DNA from: Mobula birostris
Lineage: Eukaryota
Direction of reading: 5' to 3'
DNA length: 64,000 bases
NCBI RefSeq assembly: GCF_030028105.1
Contig: NC_092374.1
Coordinates: 61,817,377 to 61,881,376, forward strand
Shown one piece after another: positions 12,657 through 25,500 of the stretch. The notes beneath the pieces are model-generated. The model did no database searches and was not told the origin of the DNA. It saw only the letters and a program-made list of their open reading frames with translations. The translations under genes were made by a program, and so were the position numbers. Every line of letters begins with the position of its first letter. Within the stretch, counting starts at the first letter, position 1.

Positions 12657-13255
12657 AGAAAGGTTCCAAAGATTATTTTTGCACATCAGTGAAGGCCAAA
12701 GGGCATGATCCTGTGTTGGACTGTTGAATGGGGGGATTAAAGGTCAATGTAGAAGCTACAGTTGTTATCTTTGGATAATATTCAGAGGAGATTTGATAGA
12801 TCACAGTGACTTTATATGAGGTAAATACGACAAACTAGTACAATGGTTTAAGGTTTAGATAGCGTACATTTACAGTGATAGGGAAACGATATGGGCAGAG
12901 TGGTTATTGCAATTCCCTTTAAACGTTCTGTTGTTTTGATTGCTCTTAACTTTGATGACACCGCCATACCAGATAAATTATAGCTCCCTCCCCCGAGTAG
13001 CACTTCCTTTACATGAAACACATGAGGTGTGATTTCACTGGGTACTCTCCGATCGGCGCCTGCCACGATGGGATGAAACCGCCCCTTTCTGCAGCAAAAC
13101 CGGGTCGGAGCCGGGGGAAGTTGGGTGAAAAACAGTGCTTCCACTCAGCACGGTTTTTTCCTGCTAAACAGGCTCGGGTTAAAAATGAAACAAGCATTTT
13201 CCAAAAACATCACCTATTATTGATGTATATAGGATATATCGCATGAAAAACAAAC

Positions 13256-13361
13256 CTGTAGGGAGATAGTTTTTGAGAAATCCTTGGATGTAACTCGGTC
13301 GCAGAATGCTGGTAATATAGTCTTCCCATTGCTCTAAATTTGCTCTCTCAACTGCTGTCAT
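13256..13361 (-). CDS. RIGI: RIG-I (DDX58) coding exon 1, start of CARD1
   Basis: ATG at 13361; MTAVERANLEQWEDYITSILRPSYIQGFLKNYLPT aligns with human [35 protein letters not shown]; 106 nt ending in phase 1 at a GTTTGT donor; synteny with TOPORS. Confidence 0.92.
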
Positions 13362-13399
13362 TTTGAATCACTCATTTGTTTTAAATAATGACTAATTCC

Positions 13400-13910
13400 C
13401 ATGGATGTTCGGAGCTCTCCACTTCCGCGGCTGTACTGCGTTGTACGTCGGCTGCACTGTTTATAACTGAGGAGTCTCCGCCTTTATTTGCGTAATTTAC
13501 TGGAAAGCAAGACTGCAGTACTGCATTCTTGAGAACCAGATGGTAAAGATTTAATGTACACCAGCGGTCTCATTCGGGCAAAAAGAAACGCAAATGTTGA
13601 AAGCAAAGTTGCTTAAAGAACTGATTTTGCTTTTTTTTAAAAAAAAGAATCGTTTATTCCTAATGTGTATCAGTTTCGATTCCGTTTTGGTTTCGTTTCT
13701 TCTACAGAACACTCCCCTGTTTCTGTTCAGAGATACTCAAATTGCATTCTACCACCGAGTCTGTAACCCACGCCAAGTTTCGTTTATGCTCCAGTTTGCG
13801 GGTACTTGGATAAAGAAGGGGATAAATTGGACAGCACGATACATAGGCCACTCGTCAGTGGTTTACTGAGGCGCTGTCTGAGACTAGGGATTTTCGCAGG
13901 AATCCCCATG
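13400..13910 (-). promoter_or_regulatory. RIG-I promoter with ISRE/IRF-E cluster and ETS-, GAS- and NF-kB-like sites
   Basis: GGTTTCGTTTCT 13689-13700 (consensus ISRE), AGTTTCGATTCC 13672-13683, AGTTTCGTTTA 13776-13786, ACTTCCG 13421-13427, TTACTGGAA 13497-13505, AGGAATCCCC 13898-13907; locally CpG-enriched, directly upstream of the ATG. Confidence 0.7.
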
Positions 13911-14706
13911 TCTTTGACCGTGGCAGAGTATCTTGCTGATATTTTTTGGGGCCGGGAGTTAATTAAGCGTCTGACCTGGTAGGCCAAAGGCAGGCACTAA
14001 GAACGATGGTATTATAGTGGAACAATCGCTGCTCTTGGATGTAGTGCACTGACCATCATTTACTTTGAGCCATGATGGAGGACAAGGGACTGATGAGGCT
14101 CTCTTTTCACAGGGACATAAACAGGGTTTATATTTATATACCACTATATCTCTATAACCTGTGGAAAACGTACTCACCTCTACTTGACCGTAGGTCTCCT
14201 TAAGCAGAGGGTATGTCACCTTCGCAAATTATTAGAGTGCTTGGAATTTTAAGGTTGGGTATGTCTCCAGCTCAACAAATTTGGTGTGATTGTCTATTTA
14301 GAGCTGGGGCTGCAATATGTAGCAGATGCTGTGATAACCTTACAGCCTCCTCAATCTTAATCTTTTAGCCACTAAGTTAGATCCTCCTCAGAACCTCAAT
14401 GCAAGTTGAGCTCCCTCTAAGGGTTCTCCCCCAGTTCCACCATGTTGTCCCATTGGGCTCTGATCTCCACCTCCTCTGTGGTATTCTGATGGCTAAGAGG
14501 TCAGCAAAACACCACATCTCAACACTAAGGTCGAGTAGTACCCACCTTCAGCTTTCTTCTGCAGCACTTCTAAATTCCTCACTTTCTCCATAATAAGTTC
14601 TCCACAAACAAATCTCAAACCTCTGATCTTTTTAAAATGAGCTCAATGAGCTTTGTGGTTTGTGCTCAAATGGCCCAGTCCAATTTTATAGCTCAGTGCC
14701 ACAACA

Positions 14707-14965
14707 GGGAGCGTAGAGGTTAGCACAGGGCTTTACAGTACAGGAGACTCAGGTTCAATTCTCCTGTAAGGAGTTTGTATGTTTTGCCGGTGACCATGTG
14801 GGTTTCCTCTCAGAGTCCAAAGCCGTACTGGTTGTTAGGTTAATTGATCATTGTCCCATGATTAGGCTAGGACTAAATTGGAGGGGGGGGGGAGGATTCC
14901 TAGGTATCATGACTTGAAGAGCTGGAATGGCCTATTCCACGCTGTATCCCAATTAAATTAATCAA
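14707..14965 (+). mobile_element. tRNA-derived V-SINE-like element
   Basis: A-box-like ggttagcac, B-box-like ggttcaattc, core ctgtaaggagtttgtatg...tgggtttcctc; homologous to 16629 and 35395. Confidence 0.7.
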
Positions 14966-15666
14966 TCAATAAATGCCACTATCTCCATTACAGGCACCCA
15001 GAATTTGATTCTGACCTCAAGTACTACTTAGCCTGTTCCCTTGGTGACTATGTGGGTTTCCACTAGTACACTGGTTTTCTCCCATGCCCTAGAGACATGT
15101 TGGTAGCTTATGGCTACTATGAATTCGCCCCAGCTGCAGCTGGGTGGCAAAATCAAAGGTGGGTGAGCACATGAGAGAACATAGAGAAGTTGTAGGGCTA
15201 CAGGCTGTCTACAGGTTACAGATGACTGAACATAAACCCATGCAGAAAAATGAAATCTCATAATGTTATTAAATTCAAATGTCTGAAAAATGTACACACA
15301 TTCTTTTTGTATATTTATTCAAGTGATGTGGGCATGAAAGGCTGAGCCAGTATGGAATGGCCCATTGCTAGTTGCTCTTGAGAAGCTAGCTGTGAGCTGA
15401 CTTTTTAAACCATTGAAATTCTTGAGAAGCTGGTGTATGCACATCCTGCTAGAGATGAAGTTGCAGAATTTTGATCCATTGGTGAAGCAGTGATGAGATA
15501 TTTTAAAGTCAGGATGGTGTGTAGCTTGGAGGGCAATTTCCAGAGGGAGGTGTGCTAACAAATCAGAATCAAGTTTAATATCACTGGCATATGTTGTGAA
15601 TTTTGTTGCTATGCAGCAGCAATACTTGGCAATACATAATGAAAACTGTTACAGTAAGTATATATA

Positions 15667-16220
15667 GTCATAGAAAAGTACAGCACAGAAACAGGCCCAT
15701 CTAGTCCACGCTGAACCATTTAAACTGCCTATCCCATCGACCTGCACCGAGAACATAGTTCTCCACACCACTACCAGCCATGTAACTATCCAAACTTTTC
15801 AAACATTGAAATCAAGCTCACATGCACCACTTGCAATGGCAGCTTGTTCCACGACCCTCTGAGTGAAGAAGTTTCCCCTCATACCTTTCATCTTTCACTC
15901 TTAACCCATGACCACTAGTTGTAGTTCCACCCAATCTCTGTGGAAGTCTGCTTGCATTTAACTGATCTATGCGCCTCATAATTTTGTATACCTCTATCAA
16001 ATCTCCTCACCAAGGAATAAATTCCTAACCTATTCAATCTTTTGAAATAACTCAGGTCCTCCAGACCTGGCAACATCCTCGTAAATTTTCTCTGTACTCT
16101 TTCAACCTTATTTGCATCTTTCCTGTAGGTCAGTGACCAAGACTGCACACAATACTCAAAATTAGGCTTCACCAATGTCTTATGCAACAACAATATAACA
16201 GCCCATCTTCAGTACTCAAT
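15667..16220 (-). mobile_element. CR1 3' fragment inserted in a Rex1-type 3'UTR (15562-15666 / ~16221-16305)
   Basis: KTLVKPNFEYCVQSWS..YRKD...ERVQRKFTRMLPGL; tail reads catagaaaagtacagcacagaaacaggccc on the plus strand. Confidence 0.8.
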
Positions 16221-16628
16221 AACATATATAAAGTTAAAGATATAGTGCAAAAAGAGGAAAAGTAATGGGATAGTGTTCATGGATTTGATGTCCATTCCGA
16301 AATGGCAGACCTAGTACCTCCATCTCCTTTCCAGTTTTAAATACTTGTTTCTTATCAGTGCTTTCAATGCCATTCATTACAACACTTTGGAGATCTGATT
16401 ACCATAAGTATTTTTTGTATATTCTGCTTACAAATTAATCAACTTAGAGCCACCTAACACCTTAGCCCGTTTCTAACTCCAGGACAGCTTGTACAGAGAA
16501 ATAAGGAAGGGGGATATGCAATTGATGGGACTGCTCTGCTAAAAGGTAGCATAGACCCAAGTGGCTTTCTTCTGTAATGACATGGAGCCAGCAGTAGAGA
16601 AAGGTCAGTTACCCCAACTATGGAGTGC

Positions 16629-16762
16629 CACGGTAGTGTAGCGGTTAGCGTCATCCTGTTGCAGCTCAGGGTGTCAGAGTTCAGAAGTTCAGTCCTGGTG
16701 TCCTCTGTAAGGAGTTTGTACATCCTCCCTGTGGAATGTATGGGTTTCTCCCAGGTGCTCCT
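16629..16762 (+). mobile_element. Truncated V-SINE-like element
   Basis: ggtagtgtagcggttagc head and ctgtaaggagtttgtac core. Confidence 0.65.
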
Positions 16763-19519
16763 TAAGGATCTGAGCTTAAGATTTATAACACAGTAGCCCA
16801 TTGTGGAAGTTCTAGCACCTTATTTAAAAAGTCAGAACAGGAGGAGGGTATTAGGCCCTCAAACAAAACCCGAGGCCCTCAAAACTCAACTTCAACAGCT
16901 ACCCAATCCTCAATGATGGCTAGTTGTGAAAGTCAACATTAAAACACTTACTACTACATTGAGCTGGAACTGCAAGGGGATGACCTATCTTTGGATCAAT
17001 GAATTGTGCTGGAGTCTATGCATGGTAATTGTAAAGCAAATCTATACCTTTGTTCCTTTTTGTCCCTGATTTTTTCTGACTCCATCTTTATAGGCAGCGA
17101 TTTTTGCCTTTGAAAAATGTTTTCCTTCATCTCCTCTGTCTCTCTGCCATGAACTTTAAATTTGCACCTCCAGGTCTTTGAAAAACTACAGGCCTTAACA
17201 TTTGTCCCTTGTTTCACCGCTTCAAAATTGGAATCTTGTACTACAACCTCTTTGTCTCCTCTCAATTCTGTGTTTCTAGCTGAGCAATTTTGATTTCTCA
17301 TCTAACCCGTTGTCGACACCGAAACTATTCAAACATCACCTGCAGGACCTTCTCATCCTTTCTAAAATATGACAACTAGATAATGACAAGGTACTTCAAA
17401 GAAAATTGAGTTTTTTTTTAAACATGCAACAAGAAAATAAGAATTGGATGTGTATTTGAGGTTGTAATCATGCTGAATAAGGGACATACAAAATGTAATC
17501 AATAAGGTCTCAATTAACTCAGGATGAAGGAATGAGGACAGATCAGTGCTCTCTAGTCATTGCTTTTCAAGAATTTTTTTTTGTTTCCAAAATGATTTTG
17601 CCAGTACTCATGATTTAAAGACACATGTTAGGAAAGAGGGAGCAAGAGCTTGGGGGTGGTAAGATGGAGACATGATTGAACAACAGAAATAGCCATGTGC
17701 TAGTTTTGATGTAATACGAAGTGCTTGAGTATTTTTGACAGTCTAGCATTTCACCAACAATGATTACTTATCAAAGACATTTGGGGAAAAAAAATCACAA
17801 TTGAAAGATACCCTGTAAAGCAAAACAAAATAATCAGATTACTAATTGTAATGCCAGGTGGGACACAAACTAATTTACAGAATAAAGTGCAGGATAAACC
17901 ATCCACCCCTGTAATTCACAGAATTTTATTAATGTTTAAGACAATATTAAACATTATGAAACAACTTCAAATAATCAAATTTCCTAAGCCCCAAACCCAC
18001 AGACAGGCAGTTCACCTAAGAAATTGCACTTAATTATGAAACTGGATTACATATTCAATATCTTGTAGCTGGATTCAATCCTTTTTCTAGATGAGAGACA
18101 TACTATATACATTGCCACTGATAGTACATTTGGGTATGCCAGTGAATTGAGGGTCCAAGGCTGCAGCCTCATCTCCTGCCCACGCTAACTGATAGCACAT
18201 CTTGCACAAGATCATGGAATCACAAGAGTGTGAGATTACTAGTGTGGGACTGATCATGAGGACAGATCTCTCCACATCATTAACAAGTGGCATTGTTTGA
18301 CAATTTCCACAACTTGCTTTTGATAGAACACTGTTCAATGAACGTAGTTTTGTAAGCAGTTTGCCCAATATCTTACAATTTAAAACAGCTTATTTTAAGA
18401 TGGGCATCAACCACAAAATGTTCTTCACGCAATAGCATGCTGTTCACGTCCTAGCATACCTGCAATTTGCATCTTGTGTCACAAAAGCTGCTCATTTGAT
18501 TGAATAGTAGTCACTTTGGACAAAATAGGTGATCATCTCAAAAAGAAGCAAAGCATTCAACCAAAATGTCAGTCTGAGAATTTCACTTCTTTAACTAAAT
18601 TTTTATTTGTTTTATAGAATCAGTTTCAACTTCCTGCCTGAATCTGTAACTTTTGGCTAGTACTGCTGTAATTTCCATCCTGACCTCCTTCAGCAGTATT
18701 GGATTCATCCATTACAAATTCAGATGATTTACCGTATTTAAGTCCAGTTAGTTTTTTTAAGCTGAAACCCCCCCCATCCATTTCATTACTGTTGTATTAT
18801 CTGCACTACATCCTCCTTTATTGCGATTTCAGTAACATTTTCTTCTCACCTCCAGCTCCATGAGTTGGTCTCCTTTTTGCCTCTGTTTGAGCTCTCCTGT
18901 CATTTTGTTATCCCATCACTAAATTATTATAGATTTTTTTGCTTACATTTTGTTTCAGTTCTTCTTTCTTTTACCCTCTATGCTAAAATTTCCATTTATT
19001 AAACTTAATTTAACTTTCTGTAAATTCATCCGGATCTCGCATCATCAATCTGACATTTGCTCCTTTTGTCTTTTGTTATTCACAAACTCTGGCTTTAATT
19101 TCCTAATCTTTCTCCTCCTGGAATTTATCTAGATTACAATGGAACAAGCTCCCCAAAACCATTTTACTGTTTAAGTTTTGTTTTGAGGCCAGATCTCTTC
19201 TCACCACATTGATATTGCCTTCCTTCAATTGATCAGTTTTAGCTCAGAGTGGTATATACTTGTTTTTCCAAAATGGTATTTTATGCCACTATGGTTGCAG
19301 TTTCTGAAACATTTTCTCAATGATACTTGCAACATTTCACACAATTTGTTCATCATGACTAGATCCAGCAATGTCAAAAGCGAATTCATTGAAACTTCTG
19401 AATCCCCTCTTCTGTAAACTTTTCCCCTTATGTAATCACTACTTCAGTCTGTTACGATACTTGAAATACCCCATTGGCTATGCAATTTTTGGCTTTTCCA
19501 CTCAGTAATTTCACTGAAT

Positions 19520-19880
19520 GACCCGGAGAGCTATGCTGGCTGGAGTCAGGGCTTTATACTTTGGCTCTTGGTAGGGTCACCCATGCCAAACAGGTCAAAG
19601 GATAGAGGCTAGATTAAGAGTGGTCCACTGGTCCTCCAGGTTCAGTTCAGGGATAATAAACCTGACTGGTAAAACAAAATTGTTATGGACACAGCAATGA
19701 ACAATCCATCTACATCTGAGTGCAACAGTACTGCCAAGTCTCCACCCAGGACTTGTATGACTGACAGTGGTGAAAACTGAGAAGAAGCTACTAACACGGT
19801 AAAGAAAGCTCTGAACACCGCTAGAGATGGGGTGTCTTTCATTGCTGTCCTAAACGCCAGTGGCGTAATAGGCAGTAAGA
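19520..19880 (+). mobile_element. Short bipartite RTE-derived element (5'UTR joined to 3' end)
   Basis: ggtagggtcacccatgccaaacaggtc resembles the RTE/Expander 5'UTR; end ...ttcattgctgtcctaaacgccagtggcgtaataggcagtaag resembles an RTE 3' terminus. Confidence 0.55.
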
Positions 19881-21239
19881 CCAAGAGTAGGGTTCTCCTG
19901 ATCCTCACACTCCACTCCACTATTCTCTACAGTCAGTGGATCACCCTTCATAATTTCCAGCACCTTCAACTTGAAAGGCACCTGGCACATCTATCCCTTC
20001 AGCATTTTTGTTCACTCCTTTTTCCTGTAACTTTCACAGCTCCGATGCCCATCAAACCTCAGGGGATACAACACCTGCCCTTTTACTTTTACCCTCCTAA
20101 GAACCTAAATATCCCTCCCAGTAGAGCAACAATTCACTTCTGCTTGTTACAATTTAGTGTATTGAATTTGATACTCACATTTACAATAGTGAAATCAAAA
20201 ACAGATGGAAGCACTGCCTTCATTCAGGTACCAGGAAGGACCCTTAGTTTCCAATTGCCCTTCACTAGTTCTCCATCCTCCTCACACAGATGTCACTCTT
20301 TGGCCTCCTATACTCAACAAACAGCATCTCATCATCTCTAGCCCTAAGAACTTAATATGAATTTCAATATTAATTAGTCTTCCTACTTTTGTATCAGAAA
20401 TGTCTACTTCTGAAGGGGAAATCAACCCCTAAAGCAGACTTAGTTTATCCCCCATTAAAGATGTTGCTTGAACTGCTTATTTCCAGAATTCACTGTTACA
20501 TTTTCTTCCTCTCTGTTCCTGCACATCTCCTCCAAACTGCTTAGCTTTGATTAACAAGCCTTCATCACCCTCTCTTCACCAGCACGTTCACTTCTGCTAT
20601 TCAATTTCACTGGTCTCCATCCTCTACAGATATTGCCACTGTTATCTTCATTTCCTCTGCAACTCAAAACACTTTTTTGAGATCAAATGAGAGCTTGTGG
20701 ATCTAAGAGATTAACTGTTTCAGATGCTAACTTTCTTAATAGTTGGAAGAGTTTTATTTCAGATTTCCAGCATCTGCAATCTTCTACATTTAAGCCCTTC
20801 AACATTTGTCAGAAGGGACTTGAATTTTCACATTTCTATTATGATCAATTTACAATGGAATAAAACAGAATGATTACAAATGCATCTTTAAAGTACCATT
20901 TATAGCTTTGAGATGTATTTGGAAGTATCTTTGCAGTATAATCACTATTATAATGTAGGAGTTCATGAATGGAATTATAACATTAAATTTTATCATGAGA
21001 TTCAAAGCACCTCCTTCACTGACTTTCTTTTAAACCAACTTTCTAGAAAGTTTGCCAGGAAGTCATCTATAATACTTCACAATGCTCCTGAGAATTTTAG
21101 TAACATTACAAGACGCTTCATAAAAATTACACAAACACATAAATAATTATATTCCTTAATTCAGAATCAATGTACTACCGTCATTTTTTTCTTGTTTTCT
21201 GAAAGTCTTAAGTAGGGCAACAGAAAGCTACAACATCTA

Positions 21240-21810
21240 GTTGGGTCCAGTCGGAAAACCACACTTTAAAAAAGATGTGAAGGCTTTGGAGAAAGTACAG
21301 AAAAGGTTTATCAAAATTATTCCTTGTTTGAAGGACATTAATTATGCAGATTGTCTGGAAAGGATAAGGACGTTCTCCTTGGAAAAGAGGAGAGGGATTG
21401 TACAGGGGGATTTTAATCATGAGGGACAGAGACAGATTCAGTAAAGAACAGCTGGTCCCATTGGCAGGGTCATCAAAAACCACAGGTCACAGAACAAATT
21501 GATCTGCAAAAGAACCAAATGTGACATGAAGATGATTATTTTTCATGGAGAGTAATTGGTCAGAACCTGGAATGCACTGTTAAGAGAGCTATTGAAGACA
21601 GATTTCAAATGCAGAATTCAAAAGACTAAGATAAGTATCTAAAAGGAAAGAATTTCCACAGCTAAAGGAAAATGGCAGGGAAAAAGGTCCAGGTGCACTC
21701 CTCATAGATAAAAAGAGTACAACTCAATGGGCCATATGTTCACCTTCCATGCTGCAGCCATTCTGTGAAGGACACCAGAAACCTGCTTGTTGGGACACAG
21801 AACAAAATGG
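21240..21810 (+). mobile_element. Old CR1 3' remnant
   Basis: PHFKKDVKALEKVQKRFIKIIP...FSLEKRR. Confidence 0.75.
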
Positions 21811-22001
21811 TTACCCTGCTGATTTGTTATTGCTGGTGAAGCCTGTCTGAAGCTTGGGGCTTCAGAACTGGTCCACCATCCAATAGGTACAGCTGTCAAT
21901 GGAGTTTCCACATCTCTTCAAAGTATCTCTCAATGTGGTCTGCAGAAATTTTACCAGAAAATTTAAAAACTATTCTCGCAATATGATTTTTTTAAAAAAG
22001 C

Positions 22002-22007
22002 TTTATT
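22002..22007 (-). terminator. Candidate TOPORS polyadenylation signal AATAAA
   Basis: AATAAA on the minus strand ~560 nt past the stop, followed by U-rich sequence; an alternative AATAAA lies near 22388. Confidence 0.45.
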
Positions 22008-22564
22008 GCCAATTTGATTGTTCTATATATTTGGCAACTCTTTTAGAACATTCAAGTATGATTATTTACAGAAGTGCAAGTTCCATTAACCTCTCTGAAA
22101 ACTCCTGCCTGCAAAGTGTATGATTACTGAGCACCTGGAGCAATTAAAGGGCTAACTTGTGTGACCTACTTTTGGCAATGATAAAATCATGATGAAAAGA
22201 TAACACTTGTATAAATTAATCCACATAACTTCTCACAACTTCACACAGTAATAGTCCAACCTTAAAATGCAAAAGCTATAAAAAATCCCAATGTGCAGGT
22301 GCACCATACATCTTCCCGGTCACAGCATAGCAATATCTGCACGCAAAACCTATTAGTACAGTATTAACAGTAATGTCGCAGGAATCCTTTATTTTTTTTT
22401 AAAACAAATCTGTACATCTGATGCTAGCTGATGACTACACATTTAGTAATCTGCTTGTTGCTACAATATCAATCTAATAAATTTGCCTGGAGTGGAAGTG
22501 GGGGTGGGGGGTGGGTAGGAGCAGAAATTTCCCAATTCAAACTACTTGTCTCAGGAAACCATTT

Positions 22565-25500
22565 CTATGTATTTTCCATTGAACTGTTAAACAGTTTGGT
22601 GCCATTGAAGAACCTCTTTGGAATTTTCAGTATCAAAGGTGGTCTGTCTGAAGTGCTTTTAGAAAGAGTTGTCCTTGGTGAAGGACAACGCTGTCCATTA
22701 TCTTGCCCCTGCCCCTTAAAGTTCTGATAATTGCCTGCATCGTTTACTGGATTTACACCTTCTTGTTTAAGACAAGTCTGTCTGCTTGAATATGGAGGAA
22801 CAAGATCAGAATCAGTGGGAAGCCCACAAACATCCAAGGACTCTGTGCTGGTGTTTCCGAATAAAATATCATCAGTAGCACTGGGAAGATCCTGGGCAGT
22901 CTGAGTCTCTGTGAGGTGTTGTTCACCAAGATTGTTAAGAAGATTGGTGGTTTTGCTCAGGGTGCTGTTGTCACTGTCCACATCTGCAACAACCACCTCA
23001 TCGCTATCACTTTCAATAGTTATGACAAGTGGTGAATGAGTTGTGCGATCTGTCCTTCCGCTGCTTTTCTCCTTCCTCTGTTTCTTGTGTTTCTTTTTTC
23101 GCTTATGACGTCTGCTTGCCTCCGTTGCCTTTCCCTCGTACACTATTTCCACACTGGAACTCCTCCGCTTCTCTCTGCGCTTTTTCATCTTGGGTTCACT
23201 GCTTATGGTGCTCTCAGCCACCAATGAGCCACTTTTTGAGTAGCTACTGCATTGAGAATGGGGCCTGGGAGAGCTGCCCTCCCTTCTAGGCAGAGTGTGA
23301 ATCTCTGACGATATTTTAGCAATCTGTAAATTTGCATTTTTGTCATCTTTGTTGGATGAACTTTCCAAATAATGAGTCTTATATTTTCTTTTGCCTCCTG
23401 GTTTTTCTTGCCTCAACCTATCAGTTCGCCCTGAGGTAGTTCTGGACCGGGAACTCGATGGACTTCTTGAACGATAATTTCTGTACTGATAATAGACATC
23501 TTCTCTGTGACTACTTGGGCTTCTGAAGCTCGTACTTTCAGAACTAGATCGAATTCTATAATCCGAACAAGGTGACGTTCTCCGATAGCGAGTCCTACTT
23601 CTGGTTATGGAATCATGACCTTTGTGTGTTCTACTGTGGTAACTGTATCTTTCCCACTGGTATGAGAAACCCCTGTCTCTTTCCTGATATTCTCTCATAT
23701 ATCTGTATGTCCTGTCTCTACTTCTGGATCTTCTTCTGTCCCTCACTGATGCATAGCTTCTGCTCCAAGAGCGCGATCTAGGTCGGTGTCTGTAAACCAC
23801 AACATCACTGTTCTGTGACCTTGTGCGACTTCTCGTAGATGAGGCTCTCTCTCGGTTCCTAGACCTCTTTCTGCTCCACGCTTGATAGGTACAGGTTTCT
23901 TGACTGGCCGACCTGCTTCTATCTTCTAAATATTGGTCTCTGTTAGACCTTTGGCTCCTGTCCTTGACTTGATGCTCACCTCTGCAGTAAGAGTAAGCCA
24001 CCATAGTTCTGTCTACGCTATCTGATCGTTGGTGTCTCCGAAGATCATGCTTCTCTCTGCTTTGTGATCGAAACTTGGATCGATCCTTGGAACTGCTTCT
24101 GACTCTAGCTGATGCCCTTGCTTTGTGCCTGCCTGAAGATGAGGTGCTGCCTCCAGAATGGGAACTCTTTTTGCGATGCTTCTCCCTTTTTGATTTATTC
24201 CTCTTCTTCCGTTTTGACTTCTTTCTTTTCCACCGGTCCCTGGAGATAGAGGATCTGGCTGAGGACGACCTGGTTGACAAGCAGCAACTGCTGGTGCTGC
24301 TGCTGTGGAAACGCGTGTGCGCAGGCTGCGCAGCAACTTCTGTGCTTGTTTCATGCATGGAAACCTCAGAGTCTGAACTCAGTTCAATAAGCTCAGGGGT
24401 CCTCTCAGCCAAAGGCTTCACGTAACCCACGATTAAGCAATCATCTCCCGAGCGAGTCGAACTGTCTTCCTTCGTACCAGGATCAGCCTTTATTGGCACC
24501 ACAGGCAGCACTGACTCGGGCTGCATTGGAGCCTCTTCAGAATCAGAGGCTTCATCAGGCGAGGAATTCCCAGCCTCTAAGGCCTGTGTGACTGAGTAGG
24601 AAGGGCCAGGTGTTTCATCATCCCACGTCGACTGACTTAGGCTAAGAGCCAGCTCCGAGGGATTAGCCGTTGGTCTGTCTGTTTGCAGAGGATCAGCAGC
24701 ATCAGGTGAAATTGCAATTACAGACAAATCTGAGTCACTTTCTTCCTCATAGGATGGGGCTGGACAGTCATAGTTGGCCCTCTGGTCATACGATTCCATG
24801 TTAAATGGAGCTCTGGCGAAACTGATAAACTCATGTAAAAAGTGGTCAGTGCGGTTAAGCAGGAAGGGTCTCAATTCTTCTTGGAATGCCTCACCCTCCA
24901 TATCATACCGGACAATGTTGGACATGATGACGTGTTGCACAATGTTGACAATTGAACCGTGAGAGCCAAACAAGACATAGAGCTCCCTCTTCAGCCATGG
25001 CATCAGGCGATGGAGGCAAGCAGCATTGCGGCGGAAGAAGTCAGCAGAGACGTCACGGTAGCGGCCGCCGTCTTGCACATTCCTGACCCGCACCCCCGAC
25101 CGGTATAACTCACGCCTGAAGTTGACCATCTCTTGTTCTTGGATCTGCCGAGGGGACACACCTTGGGACTGTGCCCTCCTCCGGGCCCTCAGCCGACTCA
25201 TCATGCGACGCAGGTTGCGGCTCTGTTGTGCCCGGGGTTGTCGACCCAGTCCCTCAAACACCACTCCATTGTCAGGCAACGGCGAAATAACCGGAGAGCT
25301 CCGAGGCTGGCGAGCCATACGGCGCTCTCTGGTTAAAGTCGTGCGATATCTAAATCTCTGGCCGCCTGGACTGCCAAATGAGCCATTCTCCGTTGCCTTC
25401 AGGACATACTCTTGGAAATCATTTTCAGTTCGTACACTGTGGAAAATGGAGTTGAAAGGTTGCTTACACAGTGGGCATTCTGCTTTGTTACGGGACCATT

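Noticed and set aside
18087-18368. 93-aa minus-strand ORF between RIG-I and TOPORS
   Set aside because: Non-ATG start, no recognisable domain or splice structure
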